The notes under the pieces were generated by a model. It was given only the letters and a program-made list of their open reading frames with translations, made no database searches and was not told where the DNA came from. From Tetramitus jugosus (lineage: Eukaryota; Protista; Heterolobosea): 64,000 nt of DNA. The position numbers and the translations under genes were made by a program. The stretch is from positions 62,001 to 126,000 of the forward strand of contig OW569376.1 in assembly GCA_937625935.1 (NCBI GenBank), in the 5' to 3' direction. This document shows positions 1 through 11,459 of this stretch, one piece after another (position 1 is the first letter of the stretch; each line of letters opens with the position of its first letter).

Positions 1-3000
1 AAGATTCTAACATTCAAACCTGAAGATATCACAAGTAAGATGAGAACGAAACTTGTGCAAAAGCTAGATGAACTCGATCCTCAGACCGTCAATAACGCTT
101 CTCAAGTTTGCTTCACCATGTTTGAATGGATGAAGGCAATGATCGAATTCTCTCACATACAACAAGCAGCCGAGCCACTTCGTATTGAAGTTGACTCTCT
201 TCGTACTAGATGCGATAAAATGAAACAAGAACATACTGATCTTATGACTAAGATTGATGAGATGGAAAACAAAATTAAAGTGTATGAGGAAGAATACAAA
301 GCACTCTATCAAGAGACAAATTCAATCGAGATTCAAATTCTATCGGTCAAATCAAAAGTTGAGAGATCAACCTCACTTATCAAGAGCCTCTCGTCCGAGA
401 CAGTCAGATGGAAAGAACAGAGTGGAAGTTTTGAGCAACAAATTCAAACACTAGTGGGAGATGTTTTACTCTCAGCTACTAGCCTCACCTATTCAGGCTA
501 TTTTGACGAGTATTACAGAAATTATCTTCACCAACAATGGATATCTTCTCTCCAAAGTCATGCTATTCCGTTCAAAGAAAATCTCTCAGAGGTTGAATAT
601 CTGTCTACTCCTGACGAAAGACTTTTGTGGGAATCAAACAAGCTTCCGAATGATAACATCTCTGTCCAAAATGCTATTATTCTTAACCGATTTAATCGCT
701 ATCCGCTCGTCATTGATCCAACAGGCCAAGCTACCGAGTTCATTTTAAATCAACACGCTAGAGCTAATATATGTAAAACTAGCTTCTCTGATGCCTCCTT
801 TTTGAAGGTTCTGGAGAGCTCCATTCGTTTTGGAACACCCATTCTCATTCAAGATGCAGAAACCTTTGATCCTATTGTGAATCCCATCCTGAATCGTGAA
901 GTTCGCAAGGTAGGAGGTCGATCACTAGTCACCCTTGGTAATCAAGACATAGATTTATCGCCTACATTCACAATGATTTTAGTGACTCGAGATCCTACTC
1001 ACCAATTCGGTCCAGATGTATCGAGTAAAGTAACCTTTGTTAACTTTACGGTTACACCATCCAGCTTGTACAGTCAATGCTTGAATATCATTCTACAATC
1101 TGAGAAGCCAGATATTGACAAACAACGATCAGAACAACTGAAACTTCAGGGTGAATACAAAGTTACCTTGCGTAACTTGGAACAGAAACTTCTAGACTCT
1201 TTAAGTGAGGCGAAGGGCAACATTTTAGAGAATGAAACCCTCATCAAAACACTCGAAAATTTGAAGAATAGCTCCCTGGAAATTTCAGAAAAAGTAAGGG
1301 AGTCTGATATTGTGATGGCCAATATGTCAACTGTTAGTGAACAGTACAACCCTCTAGCCTCATTTTGCAGCAATATTTACTTTACTATGGCTCAAATGAG
1401 TGATTTACATTTCCTCTATCATTTCTCTCTCGATCTCTTCTTCAATATTTTGAACTACATTTTGAAGGAAGCAAGATCAGAAGTTGAAACAAACTCAAGA
1501 GTAGATGTGCTCATTGAAAACTTATTCTTAGTCACATATAAATGGGTATCAAGAAGTTTGATGCATGAAGATAAGTTACCATTTGCATTGCGATTGGCTG
1601 ATATAAGGCACAGTACCACGCAAAACTCAGTTACCCGTACCGAAAAGGAATTCCTCTTCAAGAAAGGTCATATAACGCTTCACCATCAGAATAATGAAGC
1701 AAAGGGCATCCATCTATCTGAGACACAAGAACAACTTGTACAGCTTCTTAACTTGACAGAAACATACAAGGACATCCGCAACAGCTTATGCACCCATGAG
1801 GAAGAATGGAAGTATTATATGTTAGATGAAACAAATCAAATTGAATGTCCTGTCTTCTGGACAAAGACACAAAATAACGCACGTGAAGTGTTTAGACAGT
1901 TAATGATGGTTAAAGCTTTCAAACCAGAATTTCTCTTGACTGAGATACCGAAATTTGTTTCAGCTGTATTGGGAGACAAGTTTTTGAAGGTACCAGAACA
2001 CGACCTTGTTGACATAGTTCAAGAAGCGACTCTCAGCACTCCATTGCTTTTATGCTCAATGCCTGGATATGATGCGTCTCAACTCGTAGAACAAGCTGCA
2101 ATTACCTTGAGGAAGCAAGTTGCATCTATCGCTATGGGAACAAACGAAGCATTCGATCAAGCCAATAAGGCCATCACTAATGCCATACGAAAGGGAACAT
2201 GGGTACTACTTAAAAATGTTCATTTATCACCTTCATATCTCGCTCAATTAGAAAAGAGAATCTACTCAATCAAGTCTGATAAGCAAGCGAATGATTCATT
2301 CAGACTTTTCTTCACCTCCGAAGTTCACCCTAGCCTTCCTGTCAATCTCTTAAGAAGATCAATTATTCTGATGTTTGAATCTCCTTCTGGAGTCAAGGCT
2401 CATCTATCTCAAACATTTAACAGTCTATCTCCAATGGTGACCGACAGAAATCCTGTCGAACGCTCGAGATTGTATCTTCTGGTAGCATGGTTCCACTCAG
2501 TAGTTCAAGCGCGTCTCTGCTACAAGCCAATCGGTTGGTCAAAGCAATATGAATTCAACCAAAGCGATCTGAAGTGGTCAATGGATACTATTGACAAGTG
2601 GGTAGATATTGTTTCCAAAGACCGTTCAAATATTCAACCTAGCCAGTTGCCTTGGAAGGCAATCCGTGTATTATTAGGTCAATCGATATATGGTGGAAAA
2701 GTCGATAATGAATTTGATCAAATTGTACTCAAATCGTTCTTGGAAGAATTATTCACTCCTGCTTCATATCACCCCGATTTTCAATTCTTCTCCTCCAAAA
2801 CGACATGTCTTTCCCAAGTTGAAGGTATGAAGTATGGACATTTCATACAGTGGATCGATAACCTGCCCGAAAATGAGACCCCAGAATGGATAGGTCTATC
2901 AAATAACGTGAGCAAGCTCACTAAACTGAATCAAGCAAATACCACATTCCTGAAGTACCTTAAAATATCGAACAGCAACGAAGAAGACTTCGAGTCAGAG

Positions 3001-3825
3001 AATAGTGAAATAGAAGAAATAGTTGACGATACTCCTTCATGGTCAAAATTGTTGAAACCCACCATCCAAGCTTGGCTCCAAGAACTTCCACTTCAATTGG
3101 AAGAAAGTCTATCTCAGATTACAAGCAATCCTCTTAATAGATTCTTCAGACGCGAGTTGGGTGCAACTTCACAATTGTTGTCGACAATTCGATACGATTT
3201 GAACGAATTGTTAAAGGCTTGTGATGGTAGTATTAGAGTGACAAACGATCATCGTCTCCTTATTGACCAACTTAATAGAGGAACAGTGCCTCTCTCGTGG
3301 AAGCTATTCAACTGTTCCAAAACTTTAACAGTGGACATGTGGATCACGGATTTTGTCAAGCGTATCAGGAATCTTTTTGAAATTAAGGAGCAAATTGAGA
3401 ACAATGTCGACATTACAAAGATATCGGTATGGATGGGTGGTCTCTTATCCCCAGAAGCGTACTTGACTGCAACTAGGCAATACATATCACACAAATACCA
3501 AATTCCGTTAGAGGCCTTAGTACTTGAGATTTCACTCAGGTATGAAAGTGGTGTAACTACTCCCTTTATTATTAGAGGACTTCAGCTTGAATGTTCAGGA
3601 TTAGAAGATAACAGAGTTGTCCCAAGTGAAGAACTATCGATGCCTTTACCAGAGATTTACTTGTCATGGGTACAGGGATCAGATGCTTCTCCGAAATTGA
3701 AACTTCCGTTGTATTTGAACAGCTCCAGAGACAACCTCCTGTGTGCTGTATCCATTGACTACAAAAGTTCCATTGAACATTCCAAGTATTATTGCCGTGG
3801 AGCAGCGATATCTGCGTGGTACTAG
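1..3825 (+). CDS. DYNC1H1: Cytoplasmic dynein heavy chain, C-terminal part (stalk, AAA5, AAA6, C-terminal domain); 5'-truncated by the window
   Basis: Frame open from base 1. Motifs RYPLVIDPTGQA, GTWVLLKNVHL, ERSRLYLLVAWFHSVVQARLCYKPIGWSKQYEFNQSDL and YGGKVDNEFDQ are typical of cytoplasmic dynein-1. Confidence 0.95.
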   Translation, partial: KILTFKPEDITSKMRTKLVQKLDELDPQTVNNASQVCFTMFEWMKAMIEFSHIQQAAEPLRIEVDSLRTRCDKMKQEHTDLMTKIDEMENKIKVYEEEYKALYQETNSIEIQILSVKSKVERSTSLIKSLSSETVRWKEQSGSFEQQIQTLVGDVLLSATSLTYSGYFDEYYRNYLHQQWISSLQSHAIPFKENLSEVEYLSTPDERLLWESNKLPNDNISVQNAIILNRFNRYPLVIDPTGQATEFILNQHARANICKTSFSDASFLKVLESSIRFGTPILIQDAETFDPIVNPILNREVRKVGGRSLVTLGNQDIDLSPTFTMILVTRDPTHQFGPDVSSKVTFVNFTVTPSSLYSQCLNIILQSEKPDIDKQRSEQLKLQGEYKVTLRNLEQKLLDSLSEAKGNILENETLIKTLENLKNSSLEISEKVRESDIVMANMSTVSEQYNPLASFCSNIYFTMAQMSDLHFLYHFSLDLFFNILNYILKEARSEVETNSRVDVLIENLFLVTYKWVSRSLMHEDKLPFALRLADIRHSTTQNSVTRTEKEFLFKKGHITLHHQNNEAKGIHLSETQEQLVQLLNLTETYKDIRNSLCTHEEEWKYYMLDETNQIECPVFWTKTQNNAREVFRQLMMVKAFKPEFLLTEIPKFVSAVLGDKFLKVPEHDLVDIVQEATLSTPLLLCSMPGYDASQLVEQAAITLRKQVASIAMGTNEAFDQANKAITNAIRKGTWVLLKNVHLSPSYLAQLEKRIYSIKSDKQANDSFRLFFTSEVHPSLPVNLLRRSIILMFESPSGVKAHLSQTFNSLSPMVTDRNPVERSRLYLLVAWFHSVVQARLCYKPIGWSKQYEFNQSDLKWSMDTIDKWVDIVSKDRSNIQPSQLPWKAIRVLLGQSIYGGKVDNEFDQIVLKSFLEELFTPASYHPDFQFFSSKTTCLSQVEGMKYGHFIQWIDNLPENETPEWIGLSNNVSKLTKLNQANTTFLKYLKISNSNEEDFESENSEIEEIVDDTPSWSKLLKPTIQAWLQELPLQLEESLSQITSNPLNRFFRRELGATSQLLSTIRYDLNELLKACDGSIRVTNDHRLLIDQLNRGTVPLSWKLFNCSKTLTVDMWITDFVKRIRNLFEIKEQIENNVDITKISVWMGGLLSPEAYLTATRQYISHKYQIPLEALVLEISLRYESGVTTPFIIRGLQLECSGLEDNRVVPSEELSMPLPEIYLSWVQGSDASPKLKLPLYLNSSRDNLLCAVSIDYKSSIEHSKYYCRGAAISAWY

Positions 3826-3864
3826 TAAAGTTTCGCTTCGAATCACCCATATCTTCATTTACTG

Positions 3865-4989
3865 TTAGTAGCCTGCTCGGATCATATCTGGACTTACGGA
3901 ACTACTCCTGTAAATATTCTTTAGAGAACGTGATTGATTCAATGTCGGTATACTTGCTCGACTGTTGGAGCGACTCATGTAGTGCACATTTGCCGAATTC
4001 AAAGATTGTCGGGAATTGACTCTCATAATTGTTCTACTAGATCTTTGTCTTTCGAAAACAGGTAATGAATTGGCTACACTCTGATTGCTTTTGATGATTG
4101 GTTGCACTTGCTTGTTATGCCTCAAGACACAACACTTCACAATTACGCATACCGATAACACAATAGAGAGGACTGATAACAGTATGAATCCCAAGACTAC
4201 ACATATCGTAATGATCAATGCTCGCTTGTTTGCCATAATTGCCAAAGCACAGGATTTGATTTCGAGTGGAAACCTAAAGGTCAGAACATACTCGGTTGAT
4301 TTCGATATATTCTGAGAAATCACATAAGCACTCACAACTGTAACATTCTTCTCGACTAACAGAGAGCGATGTGAAGCATCCACTGTGATATCACTCAATA
4401 TTCTCTGGATATGTGTATTAGGGAACAAGACTGTAGTTTCCACTTGATCAATAAACCCTCCGAACCTGTATGAAAATGTGAGACTATTCATTGCCTTTGT
4501 GAATGCTCTCGCGCTCGTCAACAACCCAGTAATCTTATAGTTAAAGGTAAACGTGATCCGCTCGTTCAACACTTGAACAAACTGAACAGTGATATCAATA
4601 CCAGAGAAACTTCTCGTATCTGCTGTGGCTTTTGTAATTTGGGTGTCGTTGGATGTGACTGACAAATTCTCAATCTTGAGACCTCCTGCAAACACAAAGT
4701 TATCGGCCAACGGTCGAATAATGACACTCGATGTTCCTTGAAATGAATACTCGGCAACTTCGGTAACATCGAGAGAACAGGAATTCGAAGACATGACAAT
4801 CATTGACTTGATACTCGATATCGTGTAACTGCTCTCCGTGAGGATATCTTGAGCCCTCACTCGCTCCACGATCAGCAAGGTCGGACAACAACAGTACAAC
4901 AGAACTAGGAGAAACAAGTAGAATGATATCTCGCACGAACAGTAACCTCGATCACAAAATCTTGTCGGTTTAGACCTCACATTCATCAT
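3865..4989 (-). CDS. Single-pass membrane protein with a DUF2207-like extracellular beta domain
   Basis: 374-aa ORF: hydrophobic N-terminus, beta-rich region YTISSIKSMIVM..SLDVTEVAEYSFQG..IIRPL..FNYKITG..IDQVETTVLFP, TM helix (ALIITICVVLGFILLSVLSIVLSVCVIV), Ser/Arg-rich tail. Confidence 0.6.
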   Translation of the reverse strand: MMNVRSKPTRFCDRGYCSCEISFYLFLLVLLYCCCPTLLIVERVRAQDILTESSYTISSIKSMIVMSSNSCSLDVTEVAEYSFQGTSSVIIRPLADNFVFAGGLKIENLSVTSNDTQITKATADTRSFSGIDITVQFVQVLNERITFTFNYKITGLLTSARAFTKAMNSLTFSYRFGGFIDQVETTVLFPNTHIQRILSDITVDASHRSLLVEKNVTVVSAYVISQNISKSTEYVLTFRFPLEIKSCALAIMANKRALIITICVVLGFILLSVLSIVLSVCVIVKCCVLRHNKQVQPIIKSNQSVANSLPVFERQRSSRTIMRVNSRQSLNSANVHYMSRSNSRASIPTLNQSRSLKNIYRSSSVSPDMIRAGY

Positions 4990-5234
4990 TTCTCTCTTTT
5001 TTGTGCGCTTGTGGGATAACGCATGTAGAGAAACTTCCGTAGATGACAGGATTTCCTTTTTGGAATGAGCCGTTCGTTCGTCCGGTGATTCCCAGTTAAC
5101 TCAAAAGATCATTCGTTTCTGAAATAAATTATTCTCTTTTATGAGATGTGTATTGTACAATGATCAAAAAGATGTGCATGAATGAATAGGAGCTAACCAG
5201 GCCGAGAAAGAGAGAACAAAACGAATCAATGGCT

Positions 5235-6641
5235 TCAATCCGTGTGCAGATCGGTAAAATTGGATGGAAACAGTCCAATATCGCCTGTTGCTTGTCGCTT
5301 GCCTCTCCACCATCCACCCTCTATCCGCTCTAGCACTAAAATCTTTTCTCCAGCGCCAAAGGACAACTCTCCTTCGTCCGTTGCTTCATATTCATACAGT
5401 GTCTGAGCAAGATTAGAGGACGACGACGAAGAAGAAGCAGCAGAAGAAGTAGATGATGCTTGACCACCCTCTGAACCTGCGATCGTGTAGTTTGATGGGA
5501 ATGTGGCCACTCTCTTTGACTTGTCCTTGTCCAGATAGCCCTTCCACCATCCTGCCGGATCATCCTTGTCCGTCACATGGATCACATCACCCGATGAGAA
5601 GCTCAACTCTGTGCTGTCTCCTGCAAAATCATAGATGGCCTCTGTTTTCAGAATTGACTTTGGTGCACTTCCACCACCACTTCCACCACCAGTACTACCA
5701 CCACTACCGGATGATGATGCAGTCGAAGCACCTCCCATCATCAATGCCTTGACCTCTGATGCACTCAATGCTTTTCCACCACCAACAGAAGCAGCACTGC
5801 TACTGCTACTGCTACTACTACTGACAGGTGAGCCAATGGATGTTGCGCCACCACCACCACCACCACTTGAAGAGCTTGGTACTTGACCATCGGGATCAAA
5901 TGTTCTCACGCGATCAATGGGCGTCTTCTTGAGTGACTCAGCACTAGTTTTTCCAGTTTGCTTTGCTCGATCCAGGTACTCTAGCAAATTGTGAGTCAGA
6001 GTGTAGCCCTCTGCATAAAAATGATGAAATGAGCTCATGAGCTCACACAACTCATTCATGTGAACAGTGCGTTTTCTGACAAAGAGCTCTACGTGCTCTT
6101 CTGCACTCTCATCAAACGCTTCATCCCTCTCTGACTCAATTTGCTTTAGCCGTTCTCTTTCGAGTCGGAGTTTTTCTTGGTCCAATTTGGCGGGATCTTT
6201 CATGGAAAGCGCTTTACAAAAAGCAACTTGTCCATCAGTTTCCAATCGTTTTTTTGCATATTTTTTATGGGCGTTTTGCGCCGTTTTCATACTGGCTTGA
6301 AATTTCATACTGGGCTGAATGTATCGTTCCACGATATTGACAGCCATGGCATGATGAATCGTACTGAGTGAGTTCATGGCATCACCCAACTTTAACATGA
6401 GCTCTCCCATCTCATCACCAGCCTCCAATCCAGACTCCTTTAGAAATGTGCCCATATCTTCCTGAATCTTTGTTGTTGACTCAAATTTTTGACAAAAAGA
6501 ACGAGTGTTCTTGATACTCTTGTCCAAGTAGTTTTCCATGTCGTGAAACTCTTTGCGGAAGGCTCGATATTGATCCGTGTCTTGTGTTTTTTGATCCGTT
6601 TTGCTCACTTTTTCTTTCATTAATTGTTTAAAGGATCGCAT
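5235..6641 (-). CDS. BAR domain plus two SH3 domains (endophilin-like)
   Basis: N-terminal helical BAR-like region, Gly/Ser linker, SH3 motifs AIYDFAGDSTELSFSSGD..GWWKG..FPSNY and LYEYEATDEGELSFGAGE..GWWRG..GLFPSNF. Confidence 0.9.
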   Translation of the reverse strand: MRSFKQLMKEKVSKTDQKTQDTDQYRAFRKEFHDMENYLDKSIKNTRSFCQKFESTTKIQEDMGTFLKESGLEAGDEMGELMLKLGDAMNSLSTIHHAMAVNIVERYIQPSMKFQASMKTAQNAHKKYAKKRLETDGQVAFCKALSMKDPAKLDQEKLRLERERLKQIESERDEAFDESAEEHVELFVRKRTVHMNELCELMSSFHHFYAEGYTLTHNLLEYLDRAKQTGKTSAESLKKTPIDRVRTFDPDGQVPSSSSGGGGGGATSIGSPVSSSSSSSSSAASVGGGKALSASEVKALMMGGASTASSSGSGGSTGGGSGGGSAPKSILKTEAIYDFAGDSTELSFSSGDVIHVTDKDDPAGWWKGYLDKDKSKRVATFPSNYTIAGSEGGQASSTSSAASSSSSSSNLAQTLYEYEATDEGELSFGAGEKILVLERIEGGWWRGKRQATGDIGLFPSNFTDLHTD

Positions 6642-7069
6642 GATTATTTTTTTTTGTTGTTGTTTATGTCGAGGTATGTAGGATATGTGTGGTGGTGTTT
6701 TTTTGTTGTTGTTGTTGTGTGAGAGTGAGTGTGTTGAGTCTATAGTGTGTCTATAGTCGTTCTTTTGTTTGTGGGTGTTTTTTGTTAGTGTTTTTTTTTG
6801 TTTGCTTGTTGCTTGTTGGCAAGCGCGTGAGCGAAGATTTGATTGAAGCTTTTGTAAATTCCTCTCTGGTGTCTGTGACGGACCGACTGACAGGGGAATT
6901 AAGCATGACGGATGACGCTAAAGTCCCATGTCGGTGAAATGTCCATTGGATGGACCCAGAGTCATTCAATTTTTGAACTTGCGAAGACAGCTTTTCGGGT
7001 CTAAAGAAAAGTCACAAACAAGCAAAGCAAACAACGAAAAAGCATTGAAGAATAGAATATCACGAGAAC

Positions 7070-7546
7070 ATGTCATCCGAACAACAAAAATCAGCCTATC
7101 AATCTCCCAGACTCAAAACTGAAGTACGTTTGTTTTCCTTTCTTTGTTTTTTCACTTTTTTTGTCAGAAATGTTGAAAAAAATTTTGGTTTTTTTTAGTT
7201 TGAACCAGTTTTACGGTTTTTCGAAGTGAAAGCTACGGGTAATCTGTTCAAGGACGTGACATCGTTGGCCGCAGCGATTGAAAATGCACAAATTGATGAA
7301 AAATTGACACGGTTCTTCTTTGATTTCTACGATCGAGATGGAAATGGAAAAATTGATCGGAGTGAGTTTGAAACGTTGGTCATGGATATAAGTGAGGCAA
7401 TGGGTCAACCGAGTGGAGCTCTACTTGATCCGGAGCAAGTGAATGAAGCAATGGAACAGTTGGATGCTGATGGGAGTGGACACATTGAGTGGAAAGAGTT
7501 CAAGGAATGGTTTGATCAGGTGATGAAACGAATTGGATCAGAGTAA
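7070..7546 (+). CDS. Small two-EF-hand calcium-binding protein; exons 7070-7123 and 7199-7546
   Basis: EF loops DRDGNGKIDRSE and DADGSGHIEWKE. Phase-0 intron 7124-7198 (GTACGT...TTTTAG) joins ATG 7070 in frame. Confidence 0.85.
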
Positions 7547-7688
7547 TGTTGATGTTATCTTTTTTGGTTCTTTGTTGAATATAGAAACTACGAGTGTATA
7601 TGATTCCTTGTTTGTTGTTGCTGTTGGTGGTGGTTGTATACAATTTACACAGTTCTATCCAACTTGACTGTGTGACCTAACTGGCTTT

Positions 7689-8600
7689 TTATCTTTTATG
7701 TTTAGTTGGTGTTTGCTTGTCAATGTTGCTGCTACTGGTCTTTTCCCTTTTGCTCGCTGTCCGTTTTCGTTGTTGAGCTCCCTTGGGTAGCTTGGCCACA
7801 TAGGTATCCAGTACTTTCAAGTTTGTAATCGTGCGAAGAATACCAGGACTGTTCTTGTCTGGTGTAATAGTCTTGTTTTTGTTGTTTGAAAAGTCAAACT
7901 TTCTGGCTTTCTTCGGTGTAACATATTGCTTGGATCGTGTCAATGTGTCTGCCTCTGGGAAATGCTGTCTGATTTGTTCCACTTCATCCTCATCATCGAT
8001 ACCAGTCGATGCCAAATTGAATGAAGTTCGTCTCTTCTTGTGGTTCTTCAGAAATAGGTCGTCCCTGTGTTCTTCATCGGCCCACTTCAGAATGTCACGA
8101 ATGGTTCGCTTCCGAGTCATTTTCTTTGTTCCCTTCTGCATATTTTGTAATTTCTCTGCCATTTCATATCCATCTTGTCCGACACTTGCTGTTTCACTGC
8201 TTTCTTTTTTCTTACGTCGAGTGGTCGTGCTACTGTTGAGAGATTGATAGTATTGTTGGCATTCAGCGGGCGAGAGTGACTTTTTAATGGATTGTTCAGT
8301 GCCAAGAAGGTTAAAATGTCTCGATACTTTGACCCAGAATTGCTTATCGCTCGGAACAGTCAGCAACAGAGCCTGTTGAAACAGCAATTGTTCTCGATTG
8401 TTCAATTTGATGTCACAAGAAGCGGAAGTCATGGTACGTTCGTCTTCTGAACTCGAGTCATCACTGCTACTCTCGGATGATGAGGGATATTGAATCAGTG
8501 TGTGTTTTCTGTTCCTGTTCACAGCATTGTTATTGTCTCTCTTCCTGCGTATCATTTTCTCAATTCTTCTCATCTTCAATGTAACGTTCCCATTTTTCAT
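7689..8600 (-). CDS. SANT/Myb protein resembling the C-terminal half of Mis18-binding protein 1 (KNL2)
   Basis: SANT-like LLFQQALLLTVPSDKQFWVKVSRHF..LSPAECQQYY followed by GTKKMTRKRTIRDILKWADEEHRDDLF and SPGILRTITN..DTYV, in the same order as the M18BP1 C-terminal motifs as I recall them. Confidence 0.65.
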   Translation of the reverse strand: MKNGNVTLKMRRIEKMIRRKRDNNNAVNRNRKHTLIQYPSSSESSSDDSSSEDERTMTSASCDIKLNNREQLLFQQALLLTVPSDKQFWVKVSRHFNLLGTEQSIKKSLSPAECQQYYQSLNSSTTTRRKKKESSETASVGQDGYEMAEKLQNMQKGTKKMTRKRTIRDILKWADEEHRDDLFLKNHKKRRTSFNLASTGIDDEDEVEQIRQHFPEADTLTRSKQYVTPKKARKFDFSNNKNKTITPDKNSPGILRTITNLKVLDTYVAKLPKGAQQRKRTASKREKTSSSNIDKQTPTKHKR

Positions 8601-8796
8601 TTACCCGCAATAAAAAGCGCGGCAAACAGGGTATCTTCCGTGATACGATTTACTTCATACCACAACATGGAATCTTGTTTTCTTTTTGTGGAACATAATC
8701 ACTTTGGAACTGTCCAAAAAATCAAAAAGCTTTTGAGTTTAACACAGACAACAAACAACCACATCAAAAGCTTTTGAAAGAATAGAGACACTAGTC

Positions 8797-11209
8797 ATGG
8801 CAGGTAGCTTGACCAACAAAATTACGTTTCTATTGACCAACTCTGGTGTGTCATATGGTATAACCACGATGACCCTACTCATCCTAGGTTCACTTCTCAC
8901 TGCTTTCCTCTCATTCTTTTTGTTTATTCTTCCTGTTCGTTTGGGTGTTTGGTACTGTAGCTCTCATGTCAAATCATACAAGCGACAAAAGAAACGTCTC
9001 ATGGCTCAATTCTCCTGGTTCAAGCCAAAAATTATTCTCCGATGTTTCCTCATTGTAAGCTCCTTGTGGTGCTTGTTTTGGTGCTTGTTGTTTCCGTTGA
9101 CATTGTTGAGCATGTTTGGAAAATTGCCCATTATTGCCTCAGTGTTGATTCAAGTGCTATTGTGGTTCCTGATTCTTGTTCATTTTGGTGTCAAGAGTGA
9201 TTATCGATCTACCAAGGATAATCGATTTTTACAACGGATACATACGCTTGATGCCAATTTGGGTGTATCGGTTGCTGCTGATCAATCTTCCTCTGGTTTA
9301 TCTTCACTGGCTGCTGTGGCTGCTGTAGTTGAACCGTTTAATCCACGTGGTGTTTTCATGAAATCCAATCATAGTCACCATCATCATCATCATCATCATG
9401 AAATGATGAGTGATGATGAAGATGACAATGCATATCATGGTGGTATCGGTGATAGTGATGACAGTGATAGTGGTGGTGAGTATGATCATGGTGCCATGGA
9501 TGGAAGTGGAAGAGGCAGTGTGAAAATGAATGTCGATGTCGATAAGAAATTACAGAGAAAATCAAAGTTGGATCTGGCTGAAATTGACGATTTGAAGGTA
9601 CTTGTCCTTATTTTGTTGTTGTTGTTTAGAGTGATAATTGTGTTGTTTATTAACAAATTTGTTTTTTTGTTTGCTTAACAATTGGTTTGTTTGGTTGATA
9701 ATGATGATGAAAATGATGATGATGGATTAGATTACGAATCGGTTCTCTGAAGAGGTACCTCTGTGGAAACAAATGGCAATGAAAGTTGCCTATTATCCAA
9801 AGGATGTTTTTATGGGTATTCGGAAGCATTATTTTATATTTGGTTTCGCTGTGATTGCCTCCATTATTTTACCATTGATATTCGTGCTCACGACGTGCAG
9901 TGCATGCATTACGAATCATCCTCTATCCTTCTCCACGGCTTTTGGTCGAAAAATATCACCCTTGTCGATTCTGCAGTCCAAGGATGCCGTGTGTCCAAGA
10001 AACTCCATCTGTCACAGTTACTTGACTGTTCCAAAAGATATGAGCACATCCATGATTCTCAATTTTCACATTTATTCCAAGAAACCGAGCAGCGCACAAA
10101 TCGTTTTAACAGAGGAGAGCGCAGCGGGCGAGGAGCCTAATGCTGCTGTCGTGGTGCCTGCTACAGTTTATCGCATGAGTCATATACAGTTCACACAGAG
10201 GTATCAAGGATGGGCAGATCTCGTGAATCTGAAACCCAACACTGTCTACACTGCAGAAGTCAAGGTCGTTGTCAAGGGAAAGCAATTGAAGTCGAAGCAG
10301 AGAACAGTTTTGAAGTTTAAGACAGCTCCGAGTGCATCATCAAACGACAATGTTACATTTGTTTCTGGAGGAGATATGGAGTGGACTCGTGCAGGTATTG
10401 CACTTTCCGAAGCTGCTGCACGCACTAATCCACTGTTTGCCATTGTGGGTGGTGATATTGGATATGAGAATGGTATAGCTGCTTGTTTCATGCGTATGGA
10501 TGAATGGTTCTACAACTGGAACAAGTACATGATCACACCAAACAACATGTCGATCCCAATTTTGACTGCTATGGGTAATCATGAAGCTGGTGGATTCAAG
10601 CAACCTCGTTCCAATGTTGCCTTCTATTTCCACTATTTCCCACATCAGATTGGATTGCAAAAGCTCGATCCACAAAAGAGATCCCCATATCATGAGCACA
10701 TCTTTGGAAAGCACACGTTTATCTCAGTGCTGGACTCGTATGTTGTCACGCCAATCCCTGGTGAGCAAACCAAGTGGCTCAATGCCTCGTTGTCCACAGA
10801 GTTGTTGGAGCAGCACTCGAACCGTTTTGCAGTCTATCACGCGTCAGCCTATCCTGTAATCAATAAGGTTCTACACGATATTACTGTGAACATCCGTAAG
10901 CTTTGGGTTCCCCTGTTTGAAAAACACAACTTTAAGGCAGTGTTCGAAAATCATTATCATGCACTGCTTGAAACTCACCCTATTCGCAACAATACTGTTG
11001 ACCCAACTGGAGTCAGGTATTTGGGAAGTGGTGCCTGGGGATTGTCTCCCAGATCAGGTCTGTACGAAGATGCCTGGTACGCTGAGAAGACTGCATCACT
11101 CGCTCACCTTTATGTTGCCACATGTGGTGCTCTGTCCTGTCAAGTGCAGAACGTTGCATACGACACCACCAGTCGCGAGACCTTCCAATTCTCAACACAC
11201 CAACTCTGA
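8797..11209 (+). CDS. Membrane-anchored purple acid phosphatase-like metallophosphoesterase (~759 aa); exons 8797-9597 and 9731-11209
   Basis: Phase-0 intron 9598-9730 (GTACTT...TTAG) fuses the 293-aa and 478-aa ORFs. Motifs GGDM, GGDIGYENG, GNHE, YH and ENHYH; FN3-like LKPNTVY; several N-terminal TM helices. Confidence 0.85.
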
Positions 11210-11459
11210 AAATTCTACTACTTAAATTAAAGAACAAACGTTCGCTCACTACACACTTACAACCAAGCTACAAATTCAGTCAGTATCCTTCTTCTCAAAC
11301 AGATTTCCTTCCAACATGTCACCAGAGGAAAGGAACACACATAATTTTAGATTGGAGCATAAAGAGGAAAGAAAGCTTTGTCAGACGCAGGCCGACAATC
11401 AAACAACAACAATTCACAATTTTCTCACTCTTGAACTGAAACAAACAGCAAACAACAAA

